In this document: one piece after another, positions 1 through 9,278 of the stretch
Numbering within the stretch: the stretch's first letter is position 1
How the letters are laid out: each line of letters begins with the position of its first letter
Assembly: GCA_902580215.1 (NCBI GenBank)
Contig: CACHJT010000002.1
Span: 72,425 to 136,424 of the forward strand
Direction: 5' to 3'
Length of the DNA stretch: 64,000 nt
Origin: an uncultured Candidatus Actinomarina sp.
GTDB lineage: Bacteria; Actinomycetota; Acidimicrobiia; Actinomarinales; Actinomarinaceae
The notes under the pieces: generated by a model
The model's input: the letters and a program-made list of their open reading frames with translations, nothing else
The model's database searches: none
Told to the model about the DNA's origin: nothing
Translations under genes and position numbers: made by a program

Positions 1-1333
1 TCACCTCTATTTGAGGCGTACCAGCCATTGCTGCAGGTATATCAGTTAAAGTGAATCTTCCTAGAGACTTGTTCCCAGAAGCCATTTCTCTCTCACCTTG
101 CAAGATATGAATTTCAACCTGGGTTTGATTGTTTTCAGCTGTACTAAATACTTCAGACCTTTTAGTTGGGATTGTTGTATTTCTTTCAATCATTTTGGTC
201 ATGATTCCACCCTTAGTTTCAACACCCAAGGTAAGAGGTGTAACATCTAATAAAAGGACATCTTTTACATCACCTTTTAATACCCCTGCTTGAATAGCGG
301 CTCCAGACGCAACAACTTCATCAGGATTAACACCTTTATGAGGGTCTTTACCAGTAAGAGACTTTACAAGTTGTTGGACTGATGGCATTCGAGTCGAACC
401 ACCAACTAAAATTACATGATCGATATCAGAAAATTTCATTCCAGCATCAGACAATGCATTTTCTACTGGTTCCTTTGTTCTTTCTACTAAATCTGCAGTA
501 ATTTTCTCAAACTCAGACCTACTTAATTTTTCTAGCAAATGTTGAGGCCCAGCATCATTAGCGGTAATAAATGGCAAGTTAATTTCTGTTTCACTAGTAG
601 ATGACAGTTCAATTTTAGCTTTTTCTGCCCCTTCTTGAACTCTCTGAATTGCCATCTTATCATTTGATAAATCAATACCAGTTGAGGATTTAAACTTTTC
701 GATTAACCAATCCATTACTCTTTGATCCCAGTCATCTCCACCAAGCTTAGAATCTCCTGATGTTGACTTCACTTCAAACACACCTTCAGAAATTTCTAAT
801 ATAGAAACATCAAAAGTACCACCACCTAAATCAAATACGAGTATTTTTTGATCTTCATTGTTTTCTAGTCCGTATGAAAGAGATGCAGCAGTAGGTTCAT
901 TTATTATTCTTAATACGTTCAATCCTGCAATTTGACCAGCTTCTTTTGTTGCTTGCCTTTCAGCATCATTAAAATAAGCTGGAACTGTAATTACAGCATC
1001 TGTAACATCATCTCCTAAATATGACTCAGCATCTCTTTTAAGTTTTTGTAATATTCTTGCTGATATTTCTTGTGGCGTATAGTCTTTGCCTTCAAAGTTT
1101 TCTTTCCAATTAGTTCCGATATGTCTTTTAATAGACCTAACTGTGTTATCCGGATTTGTAATTGCTTGTCTTTTTGCAAGCTCACCAACTAGTACTTCTT
1201 CTGATTTAAAAGCAACAATAGAAGGTGTTGTTCTATTTCCTTCTGCGTTAGCAATAACAGTTGGCTCACCACCCTCAAGCACTGCTACAACACTATTTGT
1301 TGTTCCTAAGTCAATTCCTACGGCTTTTCCCAT
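1..1333 (-). CDS. dnaK: Molecular chaperone DnaK (Hsp70), N-terminal ~444 codons; the C-terminus lies beyond the window edge
   Basis: Reverse translation from ATG 1333 reads [22 protein letters not shown]...[16 protein letters not shown]...[11 protein letters not shown]...[17 protein letters not shown], which are Hsp70 signatures. An AAAGGA Shine-Dalgarno lies ~9 nt upstream. The frame is open to position 1, and the gene is missing from the ORF track because it is truncated. Confidence 0.95.
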   Translation of the reverse strand, partial: MGKAVGIDLGTTNSVVAVLEGGEPTVIANAEGNRTTPSIVAFKSEEVLVGELAKRQAITNPDNTVRSIKRHIGTNWKENFEGKDYTPQEISARILQKLKRDAESYLGDDVTDAVITVPAYFNDAERQATKEAGQIAGLNVLRIINEPTAASLSYGLENNEDQKILVFDLGGGTFDVSILEISEGVFEVKSTSGDSKLGGDDWDQRVMDWLIEKFKSSTGIDLSNDKMAIQRVQEGAEKAKIELSSTSETEINLPFITANDAGPQHLLEKLSRSEFEKITADLVERTKEPVENALSDAGMKFSDIDHVILVGGSTRMPSVQQLVKSLTGKDPHKGVNPDEVVASGAAIQAGVLKGDVKDVLLLDVTPLTLGVETKGGIMTKMIERNTTIPTKRSEVFSTAENNQTQVEIHILQGEREMASGNKSLGRFTLTDIPAAMAGTPQIEV

Positions 1334-1363
1334 TTTGAATTATCCTTTCTTAAAATTTTGTAA

Positions 1364-1567
1364 TTATGTAATTGGCTCTTGTTCTCTTGGCAAATGCCCT
1401 CTTACCCTTGGATAGGAGACAGGTGCGTGAAGAAAACAAAATTTCTTTTTGTTGTATACGCTTATCACTGTTTCACAAGTATCAAATGCGCATACTCGAC
1501 CTGTAGTGTATTTTTTTGATCTTCTAACACCAGGCTTAACTTGTGATGCAGTTAAAGTTCCGCTCAT
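1364..1567 (-). CDS. Small basic Zn-ribbon-like protein (C-x5-C ... C-x2-H), 67 aa, first gene of the dnaK transcription unit
   Basis: ORF in the track with a Lys/Arg-rich N-terminus and the motif CAFDTCETVISVYNKKKFCFLH. It ends 30 nt before the dnaK start on the same strand. Without it the spacer would be ~400 nt, out of character for this compact window. I do not recognise a family. Confidence 0.5.
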   Translation of the reverse strand: MSGTLTASQVKPGVRRSKKYTTGRVCAFDTCETVISVYNKKKFCFLHAPVSYPRVRGHLPREQEPIT

Positions 1568-1604
1568 TGTTTACCATCCTTATCTATGTTTATTTATACA
1601 TAAA

Positions 1605-1626
1605 ATCTAAGTAAATTTACTTAGAT
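1605..1626. promoter_or_regulatory. Perfect 22-bp palindrome ATCTAAGTAAATTTACTTAGAT, candidate operator in the divergent proC / Zn-ribbon-dnaK control region
   Basis: Read directly: the 11-nt half site ATCTAAGTAAA is followed by its exact reverse complement. It sits 38-59 nt upstream of the minus-strand start at 1567. The AGT-N6-ACT core loosely resembles the HspR HAIR element (CTTGAGT-N7-ACTCAAG) but is not a match. Confidence 0.45.
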
Positions 1627-1731
1627 ATGTATTAAATATATCATATTTATGATTTTAAACAAAAATATTTTTAAATTATTTAATAAATGTCATTATTTAA
1701 ATTCTTCTGACATAGCTGATATTATTGAAGA

Positions 1732-2523
1732 ATGAAAAAAATGGATGTTCACATAGTTGGGTTAGGGAATCTAGGATCTGCTTTTCTCAATGGTTTAAAA
1801 GATTTAGATGTAAACATGTTCTTATATGAGGAATCAAACGAAGCAAGACAGTCCATACAAAAGAATTATTCAATAAGCCCTGAAGAATCTTTAACTGCTA
1901 TTAGGGGTGGTGTTTTACTTTTATGTATCAAGCCTCAGAACATAAATGAATTTTTTAATACTCACAAAGATAAAATTGAAAAAGATGTTTTAATTTGTAC
2001 TCCAGTTGCAGGTCTAGAAATTAAAACAATTGAAAAAAATCTTGATAATAACATTTTAAGAATTATGCCTAATTTACTTATACAAGATAAAACTGGTTTT
2101 ATTCCATATGCTTCAAATTATCAAGGAGATTATCTCAACTTCATCAAAAATATTTTAGAAAATTTAGGAACTGTAAAAGAAGTTGAAGAATCTATGTTCC
2201 CTATTGTTACTGCATTGTCAGGCAGCGGTCCTGCCTGGTTTTATGAGCTTTCAAATCAGCTTGTGAACTCTGGGACTGAGTTGGGATTAAGCTTAGAAGA
2301 TTCGGAGTTAATTATTAAAGAGCTTGTAAAAGCACTTCCATCACTTGTAGACGAAGATGAAACATTTAAAGATTTAGTAAATAAAGTAAAGTCACCTGGT
2401 GGAACTACCGAAGCAGGTCTCAATTCGCTTAATGATGATTCATTTGATACAATTATTCTCGATGCAATTCGCAAAGCAACTCAAAGATCTACTGAGATAG
2501 CAAAAGAATTAACAAATGAATAA
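1732..2523 (+). CDS. proC: Pyrroline-5-carboxylate reductase
   Basis: N-terminal Rossmann motif VGLGNLGSAF, a C-terminal KSPGGTTEAGL signature, and typical length (263 aa). Confidence 0.85.
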   Translation: MKKMDVHIVGLGNLGSAFLNGLKDLDVNMFLYEESNEARQSIQKNYSISPEESLTAIRGGVLLLCIKPQNINEFFNTHKDKIEKDVLICTPVAGLEIKTIEKNLDNNILRIMPNLLIQDKTGFIPYASNYQGDYLNFIKNILENLGTVKEVEESMFPIVTALSGSGPAWFYELSNQLVNSGTELGLSLEDSELIIKELVKALPSLVDEDETFKDLVNKVKSPGGTTEAGLNSLNDDSFDTIILDAIRKATQRSTEIAKELTNE

Positions 2524-4675
2524 GTTTTTAAATAAATACAAAGCTAATGATTATGTACTACTATTCTCCGCCGGTGCAGCAGTAGGTACACTTTTTTTAT
2601 GGGCAGCAAGCTATATATTTCCCGAAGGAGAAATAGTTGGAGGTAGAAGAGTATTTGAGAATATTCCTAAGGTCCTCCAATATATATTTTATGTTTTAAG
2701 TGCAACAACAATATATATTTCTGGATACTTATTTTCCCTTCGGGTAAAGAACTGGACTAGAGGCAAAGAAGAAAAAAGAGATGTGAAACTATCTCAAAGG
2801 ATATTAAAACTTTTTGATGGTTTGACTATGAGAACTGTTCTTAGGTTTAAAGCTGCTGGTCTTATGCACTCCTTGATTTACATTGGCTTTCTCGGTTTGT
2901 TTGCAGGCACTGTAACTTTAGAGATTCATCATCTTATGCCTCCTTCGTTGAAATTTTTACAAGGCACAACATATATTGTTTATTCTTTCACACTAGAACT
3001 GGCAACTATAGCTTATCTAACTGGTCTTTTTTGGGCATTAGCTAGGCGCTTAATTGGCACCGAGTACAGGATAAAAACTAAAACTACAATCGATGATTAT
3101 TTAACTCTTTCTCTGTTGATTTTTATTGGAATATCAGGGATAACTACTGAAGCAGGAAGAATCGCATTAGAAAATTTTCCAGATTATGAAAAATGGTCCT
3201 TTATTGGCTATGCCGTTGGTGATTTTTTAAACCTCTCGAATCCTGAACTTTTTCATAGGATTTCGTGGGTACTTCATGTTGTTTCTTTTTTTGTATTTTT
3301 AATAGCAATTCCATTGTCCAAACTTAGGCATATATTTACATCACCAATAAATATGTTTATGTCACCTAAGGAAAGACCTAAAGGTGCAATGAAATTTATT
3401 GGCAATCTTTTAGAGGCAGATGATATTGACAATGTAGGTACAGAAATTATTGATCACTTTACCTGGAAACAGTTAATGGATCTTGATGCCTGTACTGTTT
3501 GCGGTAGGTGTACATCTGTATGTCCTGCAAATCAAACTGGTAAGTCTTTAGACCCTAGGGAAATTATATTAAAAGTAGGGCAAGTGATGTCTGAATCTGG
3601 TCAACCTGCAGTACCTGCTACTGTTTCAACACCAGGTCCTTTACGTGTAAATTCTGACAATGTTTTTGAAAGAATTACTTCCGAAGAACTCTGGGCTTGT
3701 ACTTCTTGTAAAGCCTGCGATGAGATTTGCCCTGTGAATATTGAAATTTTAGACAAAATACTTGATATGAGAAGACATCTTGCATTGATGGAATCAGATT
3801 TTCCTGCAGAGTTAGGTAAGGCATATGTTGCGATGGAGAACTCCTCCAATCCATGGGGGGCTTCTCAAAACGACAGACTGAAATGGACTGAAGATCTAGA
3901 TTTTGATGTTCCTGTAATAGACGAAACTAACCATGAAGAGTATGACTATCTGTATTGGATCGGTTGTGCAGGAGCTTTTGATGATAGGAATGTACCTGTT
4001 ACAAAAGCTGTAGCAACGTTATTAAAAAGAGCAGGAGTTTCTTTTGCTGTTCTTGGACCAAAAGAAGTTTGTACAGGAGACTCTGCGAGAAGAACGGGTA
4101 ATGAATTTGTTTTTCAACAACTAGCTATTCAAAATATTGAGAATATGAATAATCTAAAAGTAGAAAAAATTATTACTCAGTGCCCACACTGTTTCAATAC
4201 AATAGCAAACGAGTATCCGCAACTTGGAGGAAACTATCAAGTAATTCATCACAGTCAACTTTTGACGGAGTTAGTTCAGTCAGGAAGAATTGAAGTAGGT
4301 ACTAGTGATAAGCCTTACAAAATCACCTATCATGATTCATGTTATTTGGGTAGACATAATGACATCTATACCGCACCACGAGAGATTGTAGGTTCTATAG
4401 GTGGTATTGAGATTAGAGAAATGAAAAGACAGGGAACTCAAAGCTTTTGTTGCGGTGCCGGTGGCGGAAGAATGTGGATGGAGGAATCTACGGGTAAAAA
4501 AGTAAACATTGAGCGTTCACAAGAAGCCATTGATACCGGGGCTGACGAAGTTGCTGTTGCGTGTCCTTTTTGCTACATAATGATGGACGATGGTGTGAAA
4601 GAGTTGGGCTATGGAGACAATGTAAAAGTACGAGATGTGTCTCTTATATTGTTAGATAATCTGAAAAAGGATTAG
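2516..4675 (+). CDS. Membrane-anchored Fe-S oxidoreductase: N-terminal polytopic domain, 2x[4Fe-4S] ferredoxin motifs and two CCG cysteine-rich domains (HdrD/GlpC-like, Rv0338c-like)
   Basis: About 270 aa of hydrophobic helices, then CTVCGRCTSVCP and CTSCKACDEICP. These are followed by the CCG-type motifs WIGCAGAFD, CPHCF, SFCCGAGGG and ACPFC. Confidence 0.8.
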   Translation: MNKFLNKYKANDYVLLFSAGAAVGTLFLWAASYIFPEGEIVGGRRVFENIPKVLQYIFYVLSATTIYISGYLFSLRVKNWTRGKEEKRDVKLSQRILKLFDGLTMRTVLRFKAAGLMHSLIYIGFLGLFAGTVTLEIHHLMPPSLKFLQGTTYIVYSFTLELATIAYLTGLFWALARRLIGTEYRIKTKTTIDDYLTLSLLIFIGISGITTEAGRIALENFPDYEKWSFIGYAVGDFLNLSNPELFHRISWVLHVVSFFVFLIAIPLSKLRHIFTSPINMFMSPKERPKGAMKFIGNLLEADDIDNVGTEIIDHFTWKQLMDLDACTVCGRCTSVCPANQTGKSLDPREIILKVGQVMSESGQPAVPATVSTPGPLRVNSDNVFERITSEELWACTSCKACDEICPVNIEILDKILDMRRHLALMESDFPAELGKAYVAMENSSNPWGASQNDRLKWTEDLDFDVPVIDETNHEEYDYLYWIGCAGAFDDRNVPVTKAVATLLKRAGVSFAVLGPKEVCTGDSARRTGNEFVFQQLAIQNIENMNNLKVEKIITQCPHCFNTIANEYPQLGGNYQVIHHSQLLTELVQSGRIEVGTSDKPYKITYHDSCYLGRHNDIYTAPREIVGSIGGIEIREMKRQGTQSFCCGAGGGRMWMEESTGKKVNIERSQEAIDTGADEVAVACPFCYIMMDDGVKELGYGDNVKVRDVSLILLDNLKKD

Positions 4676-4989
4676 GAGTTATCTCCCATAAAAAATTTCT
4701 GAATATTTCCATCAGACTTATTAATACTGTAAATAACATATAAAGCTATTGTAAAACTTCCCAAAGTCATCACAAAAAATGTCCAGACTACGGCTGGCAA
4801 TATATTTTCTTTGTAAAAAACCCAAAGACTAAATAAAACAAAGCCAGAATAAAGATCAACTAGTGAAACAATACCCCAAGGTAAATCAGGAATTGGTGAA
4901 TCAAAAATTGTAACCTCTCCTTGCGCCCAAAAGATTACCACAGCCATAGAAAGAGTTATAAAGTAAGAAATAATTTTTGTTATAGTCAT
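4672..4989 (-). CDS. Small hypothetical integral membrane protein (3-4 TM)
   Basis: A 105-aa ORF made almost entirely of hydrophobic helices. It fills the space between flanking genes exactly. No family recognised. Confidence 0.5.
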   Translation of the reverse strand: MTITKIISYFITLSMAVVIFWAQGEVTIFDSPIPDLPWGIVSLVDLYSGFVLFSLWVFYKENILPAVVWTFFVMTLGSFTIALYVIYSINKSDGNIQKFFMGDNS

Positions 4990-5020
4990 AAGATAGATTT
5001 TAAATAAGGAATAATTAAAA

Positions 5021-5638
5021 ATGAGTGAAAGACAAATATTCTCAAAAATTTTACGTCTTGATAAATATATTTATAATGAGCTTCTTAATCTAAATGGTGC
5101 ACTGCAAAAGGGAATTGCTATTTATTTAGCAGTCGCAACCTTAACTACTTTGAGTGCTTTCAGATTTTTTAATGGCATGATTGAATTCCTTGAAAGCAAC
5201 CTTGTTCTTTTTCAAGGTGAAATGTCAGAAGAAGAGTTTCAGATGTTTAGGTCTTTGATCGATGAATTATCTGTTATTTTTGTTCAGCAAGATTCGACTA
5301 CATCAGTATTGATTTCATCAATCGTATCAACCAGTGTTACGACAGTAGTTGGGCTTGTAATATGTTTTTTGATTCTTAAATTTCTGTTTAGAAAAGATCC
5401 AAAACCAATTGATATACTTATAATTTCATTCTTTTCAAGTGTTCCAGGACTACTTGTATTTCCTGCGTTGTTTATACAAAACCCACTTCTACAAGCATTA
5501 TTAGTTTTTATAACTTCGATCTACGCACTAATTGCATTTGGCTCTGGCATAAAGCAGGTTTACTTATTAAGAAATATTGAAGTTGTCCTTGTTGTCATTG
5601 CACTAACATTCGGTGGTTCAATTTTAGGATCAGGATAG
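5021..5638 (+). CDS. Hypothetical polytopic membrane protein (possibly Yip1-like)
   Basis: A 205-aa ORF with a soluble N-terminal ~30 aa followed by about 5 hydrophobic segments. The Yip1 resemblance rests on architecture only. Confidence 0.45.
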   Translation: MSERQIFSKILRLDKYIYNELLNLNGALQKGIAIYLAVATLTTLSAFRFFNGMIEFLESNLVLFQGEMSEEEFQMFRSLIDELSVIFVQQDSTTSVLISSIVSTSVTTVVGLVICFLILKFLFRKDPKPIDILIISFFSSVPGLLVFPALFIQNPLLQALLVFITSIYALIAFGSGIKQVYLLRNIEVVLVVIALTFGGSILGSG

Positions 5639-5640
5639 TT

Positions 5641-6237
5641 TTGAATGCTGCAGTAATTTTAGCCGCAGGTAGCTCAAGCAGAATGGGATTTCCTAAACAG
5701 TTAGCTGAAGTTAGGGATAAACCATTACTCCAAGCAATAATTGATAAAGTTAACATTAATTTTGATAACTCTTCTGTAGTGCTGGGGTCTGAAAATGAAA
5801 TAATTTCAGAAAAAATAGATTTTAAAAATTCAAATATCCTTATTAATGAAAATTGGCCAGAGGGTATCACATCATCAATTAGGACAGCTTTATTTTTCTA
5901 TCAAAATCAAAAAGAGATTAATAATATAATTTTTTTCCTCGGGGACCAACCAGAAGTCGAAGTTGAAGTAATAGATGGTCTCAACAACGATGACCATGAC
6001 GGAAGTAAGGTTTTGGTTCCTCAATATAGATACAAACTAGGATTTCCAATTTTAATTCCGAGAATATTTTGGACGAAATTAGAACTGATAACGGAAGACG
6101 ATGAAGTTGATGAAGAAAAATCAGTATTTCAAGATTTTGATTTAGTTGATTTTCTTATCTCGTCAGAAATTGAAATCAAAAAAATAAATTTCAATTTTTT
6201 AGAACCTATTGATTATGACGAGGAAAAAGATTTTTGA
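5641..6237 (+). CDS. MobA/MocA-like nucleotidyltransferase (NTP_transf_3) with an acidic C-terminal tail
   Basis: The N-terminal AAVILAAGSSSRMGFPKQL motif is the MobA/MocA signature. The TTG start abuts the upstream stop. The C-terminus is rich in D/E. Confidence 0.6.
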   Translation: MNAAVILAAGSSSRMGFPKQLAEVRDKPLLQAIIDKVNINFDNSSVVLGSENEIISEKIDFKNSNILINENWPEGITSSIRTALFFYQNQKEINNIIFFLGDQPEVEVEVIDGLNNDDHDGSKVLVPQYRYKLGFPILIPRIFWTKLELITEDDEVDEEKSVFQDFDLVDFLISSEIEIKKINFNFLEPIDYDEEKDF

Positions 6238-6300
6238 GAGTGGGAAAAACTCTTAAAAAAAATCGTTTCTTTATGTAATTTATTTTGTAAAATTTAAAAC

Positions 6301-6705
6301 ATGAATTCAATTGACTCTATAAATGGTATGACACATACCGAAGCTACAAAACTAAGAAGAGCTAGAGTCAGAACAACAACAACTTTTTTACAAATCGCCT
6401 CTTCCAGGTCAGGTAGGGCTCTCTTAACAAAAGAAACAGGAATAAGTTCACCTAAATTACTGCACTGGGCTAGACGTGCTGAACTAATGAAAATTAAAAA
6501 CCTAGGAAGAGACTATGCAGACCTACTTGAAGCCGCTGGAGTAGAAAGTGTGTCTGAATTAAAGAGAAGAAATCCAGAATCACTTCATGAAGTAATGGCA
6601 AAAATTAATTTAAAGAGAAATATAGTAGACAGAATGCCCTCTCTAAAGAGAGTTACTAATTGGATCGAAGACTCTAAAGATATAGAAATTAAGGTTTCTT
6701 CATAA
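6301..6705 (+). CDS. DUF4332-like helix-hairpin-helix protein
   Basis: The segment LLHWARRAELMKIKNLGRDYADLLEAAGVESVSELKRRNPESL resembles the DUF4332 repeat as I remember it. This was not checked. Confidence 0.5.
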   Translation: MNSIDSINGMTHTEATKLRRARVRTTTTFLQIASSRSGRALLTKETGISSPKLLHWARRAELMKIKNLGRDYADLLEAAGVESVSELKRRNPESLHEVMAKINLKRNIVDRMPSLKRVTNWIEDSKDIEIKVSS

Positions 6706-6731
6706 CCAAGTTTCCCATCTATCATTAAATT

Positions 6732-8438
6732 GTGAATAAAAAAACAATTCGAATAGCTGGTGCCCAAAAGTCATTTCCAGTAGGAGCTATACAGAAAAAC
6801 AAGCAAACTATTTTAGATTGTTTTGAGGCAGCTGAAGAAAAAGAAGCAGATATCCTGATTTTCCCTGAATTAGCACTTACAGGATATCCACCTGAAGATT
6901 TACTTCTAAGAGAGAGTTTTGTTGGAAAAAACTTCGCTGTTTTGGAAGAATTAGCTGAATTTTCTAGCTCAACAAGTGGTGTTGTTGGTTTTGTTGACAG
7001 AAACCTTGACGATAACCATACAGACAAACAAAAAAGAGACATTGCTAATGCGGCAGCAATAATTCAGAACGGAGATGTAAAAGGAATCTATCATAAGTGT
7101 TTCCTTCCAAACTACTCAGTATTTGATGAAGCTAGGTATTTTGCCAAAGGCAATAATCCAGGAAATGTATTTTGGTATGAAGATGTTGGGATTGGAATAA
7201 GTATTTGCGAAGATATATGGATTGAAGATGGTCCTTCATCACAACAAGTAGAGAATGGAGCATCTTTAATAATTAACATAAATGCTTCTCCTTATGATCA
7301 AAATAAAAGTGACTTGAGAAAAGAGCTCGTTGTCGACCAGGCTAAAAAATTAGGCGTACCAATTATTTACCTAAACATGGTTGGTGGTCAAGACGAATTA
7401 GTTTTTGATGGAGGGTCATTTGTTGTAGATGGTAAAGGGGAAATACTTTATCAAGCACAACAGTTTGAAGAGGAGATATTTTATATTGACCTAGATTTGG
7501 AAGTAAAAGAACAACCTAAAGGGCCAATACTGGAGATTAGACAGAAAGGTTCTGAATTAAATCCTCTACAGTCTGCTCAACTTTTATCAAAAAATGAATC
7601 TCTGTACTCAGCATTAAAATTAGGTTTATTCGATTACGTTAGTAAAAACAACTTTGAAAAAGTTCTAGTAGGGCTCTCTGGAGGAATAGACTCTGCTTTG
7701 ACTGCAACTATTGCCGTTGATGCTCTTGGTTCCAATAATGTTGTAGGTGTAGCGTTGCCCTCTAAATACAACACAGAGGAGTCTCTAGTCGATGCAAGGT
7801 TACTCGCAGAAAATCTTGATATAGAATTTAAAGTTATTGAAATTGAAGAAATAGTAAATATTTTTAGAAATACGTTAAAGGAAAGTGTTAATGATGAACT
7901 TGGACAAATAACAGATGAAAACATCCAATCACGCGTAAGAGGTAATGTTTTGATGGCTTTATCCAACCAAACTGGAGCTATGGTTGTTTCTACAGGTAAT
8001 AAGTCTGAAATGGCTGTAGGTTATTCAACTCTTTATGGTGATTTAGCAGGAGGTTTTGCATTATTGAAAGATTTATATAAAACTGAAGTTTATAACTTGG
8101 CAAATTTCAGAAATTCAATTTCAAGCGTAATTCCTCAAAATACAATCGATAAAGAACCAAGTGCAGAATTAAGACCAGATCAATTTGATAAGGATTCTTT
8201 ACCCGAATACGAACTTCTTGATGAAATTTTACGTATGTATATTGAAGAAGATAGTTCTTCAGAGAAGATTATTTCTAAGGGAATTGATGAGAATATTGTA
8301 TATGATGTTTTGTCTAAAGTCGATAGAAACGAATATAAGAGAAAACAAGTTGCACCAGGAGTAAAATTAACAGAAAAGGCATTTGGCAAAGACAGAAGAA
8401 TGCCAATTACAAATACCTATATTCGAGAAAGAGGATAA
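6732..8438 (+). CDS. nadE: Glutamine-dependent NAD+ synthetase (nitrilase domain + PP-loop synthetase domain)
   Basis: CN-hydrolase motifs (FPELALTGYPPEDL, ICEDIW), a PP-loop (GLSGGIDSAL) and a length of 568 aa. Confidence 0.9.
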   Translation: MNKKTIRIAGAQKSFPVGAIQKNKQTILDCFEAAEEKEADILIFPELALTGYPPEDLLLRESFVGKNFAVLEELAEFSSSTSGVVGFVDRNLDDNHTDKQKRDIANAAAIIQNGDVKGIYHKCFLPNYSVFDEARYFAKGNNPGNVFWYEDVGIGISICEDIWIEDGPSSQQVENGASLIININASPYDQNKSDLRKELVVDQAKKLGVPIIYLNMVGGQDELVFDGGSFVVDGKGEILYQAQQFEEEIFYIDLDLEVKEQPKGPILEIRQKGSELNPLQSAQLLSKNESLYSALKLGLFDYVSKNNFEKVLVGLSGGIDSALTATIAVDALGSNNVVGVALPSKYNTEESLVDARLLAENLDIEFKVIEIEEIVNIFRNTLKESVNDELGQITDENIQSRVRGNVLMALSNQTGAMVVSTGNKSEMAVGYSTLYGDLAGGFALLKDLYKTEVYNLANFRNSISSVIPQNTIDKEPSAELRPDQFDKDSLPEYELLDEILRMYIEEDSSSEKIISKGIDENIVYDVLSKVDRNEYKRKQVAPGVKLTEKAFGKDRRMPITNTYIRERG

Positions 8439-8443
8439 TCGTT

Positions 8444-9268
8444 TTGTATTTGATTAATGATTTGGAAGTTACAAAAGACGAATTTACTTTGCCTGTTGAA
8501 AATTTAGCGGTATGGAGAGGAGATGGGGTCTTTGAAGCTTTGAAGATTCATGACCACTATCCCTTTGGGTTAGAGAAACATATAGACAGGTTAAAACAGT
8601 CTTGCAAAAAACAACTATTTGACAATGTAGATTTTAATTTGGTCAAAAACAATATTTTAAAAATAGCATCAATCCATAAAAGTGGCTATGTGAGAGTATT
8701 AATATTAAGAAATGAATCAGACGACGATTTTACAATTTATTCTTTTTATCAACCATTATTAAATTTACCCGAAAAATTTACATTGCAATCTCAACCCGCT
8801 CCATGGCATGCCGGTGGAGATTATGAAGTTGATAGTAAAAATATAGTCGGTTCAAAATCTACTTCCTATGCTTATAACATAAAGCAAACCAGAGAAGCAG
8901 TTAGAGATGGTTTTACAGATGCCTTGCTCATCAATAATAAGGGCATAGTTTTAGAAGGCCCAACTTTTTGTGTTGGTTGGATTCAGGATGAAGTTGTTTA
9001 TGTACCAGATCTTGATTTGGGAATTTTAGACTCAATAACTCGACAGTATTTATTGAAGTTTGGTGAGGAAGACAAGATTCAAGTATCTGTTTCTAGAGTG
9101 ACAATAGATGAACTCTATAAAGTTGATACAGTTTTTGTAATGTCTACAGCTAAACATGGAGTATTTGTTTCCAAGATTGATAATCAAGTTTTTGAGCAGT
9201 CACCTTTATTAGTTACGATACAAGATTTATTTGCGAAAGAAGTTCTTAAGGAAAAGCAAGAAAGTTAA
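8444..9268 (+). CDS. Class IV (fold-type IV) PLP aminotransferase / aminodeoxychorismate-lyase-like protein
   Basis: 274 aa with an N-terminal GDGVFEALK motif, and size and layout typical of the IlvE/PabC/Dat family. TTG start preceded by GAAAGAGGA. Confidence 0.7.
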   Translation: MYLINDLEVTKDEFTLPVENLAVWRGDGVFEALKIHDHYPFGLEKHIDRLKQSCKKQLFDNVDFNLVKNNILKIASIHKSGYVRVLILRNESDDDFTIYSFYQPLLNLPEKFTLQSQPAPWHAGGDYEVDSKNIVGSKSTSYAYNIKQTREAVRDGFTDALLINNKGIVLEGPTFCVGWIQDEVVYVPDLDLGILDSITRQYLLKFGEEDKIQVSVSRVTIDELYKVDTVFVMSTAKHGVFVSKIDNQVFEQSPLLVTIQDLFAKEVLKEKQES

Positions 9269-9278
9269 GGAGGGTAAA

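Noticed and set aside
1086-1415. A 109-aa plus-strand ORF.
   Set aside because: It lies antisense to the strongly supported dnaK coding sequence and its start region. It has low-complexity S/T/L composition and no recognisable motifs.
1568-1731. Tried to assign -35/-10 promoter hexamers, and to match exact HAIR (HspR) or CIRCE (HrcA) operators, in the dnaK/proC intergenic region.
   Set aside because: The region is so AT-rich that many TATAAT-like hexamers occur by chance. The palindrome matches neither the HAIR nor the CIRCE consensus exactly, so only the palindrome itself is reported.
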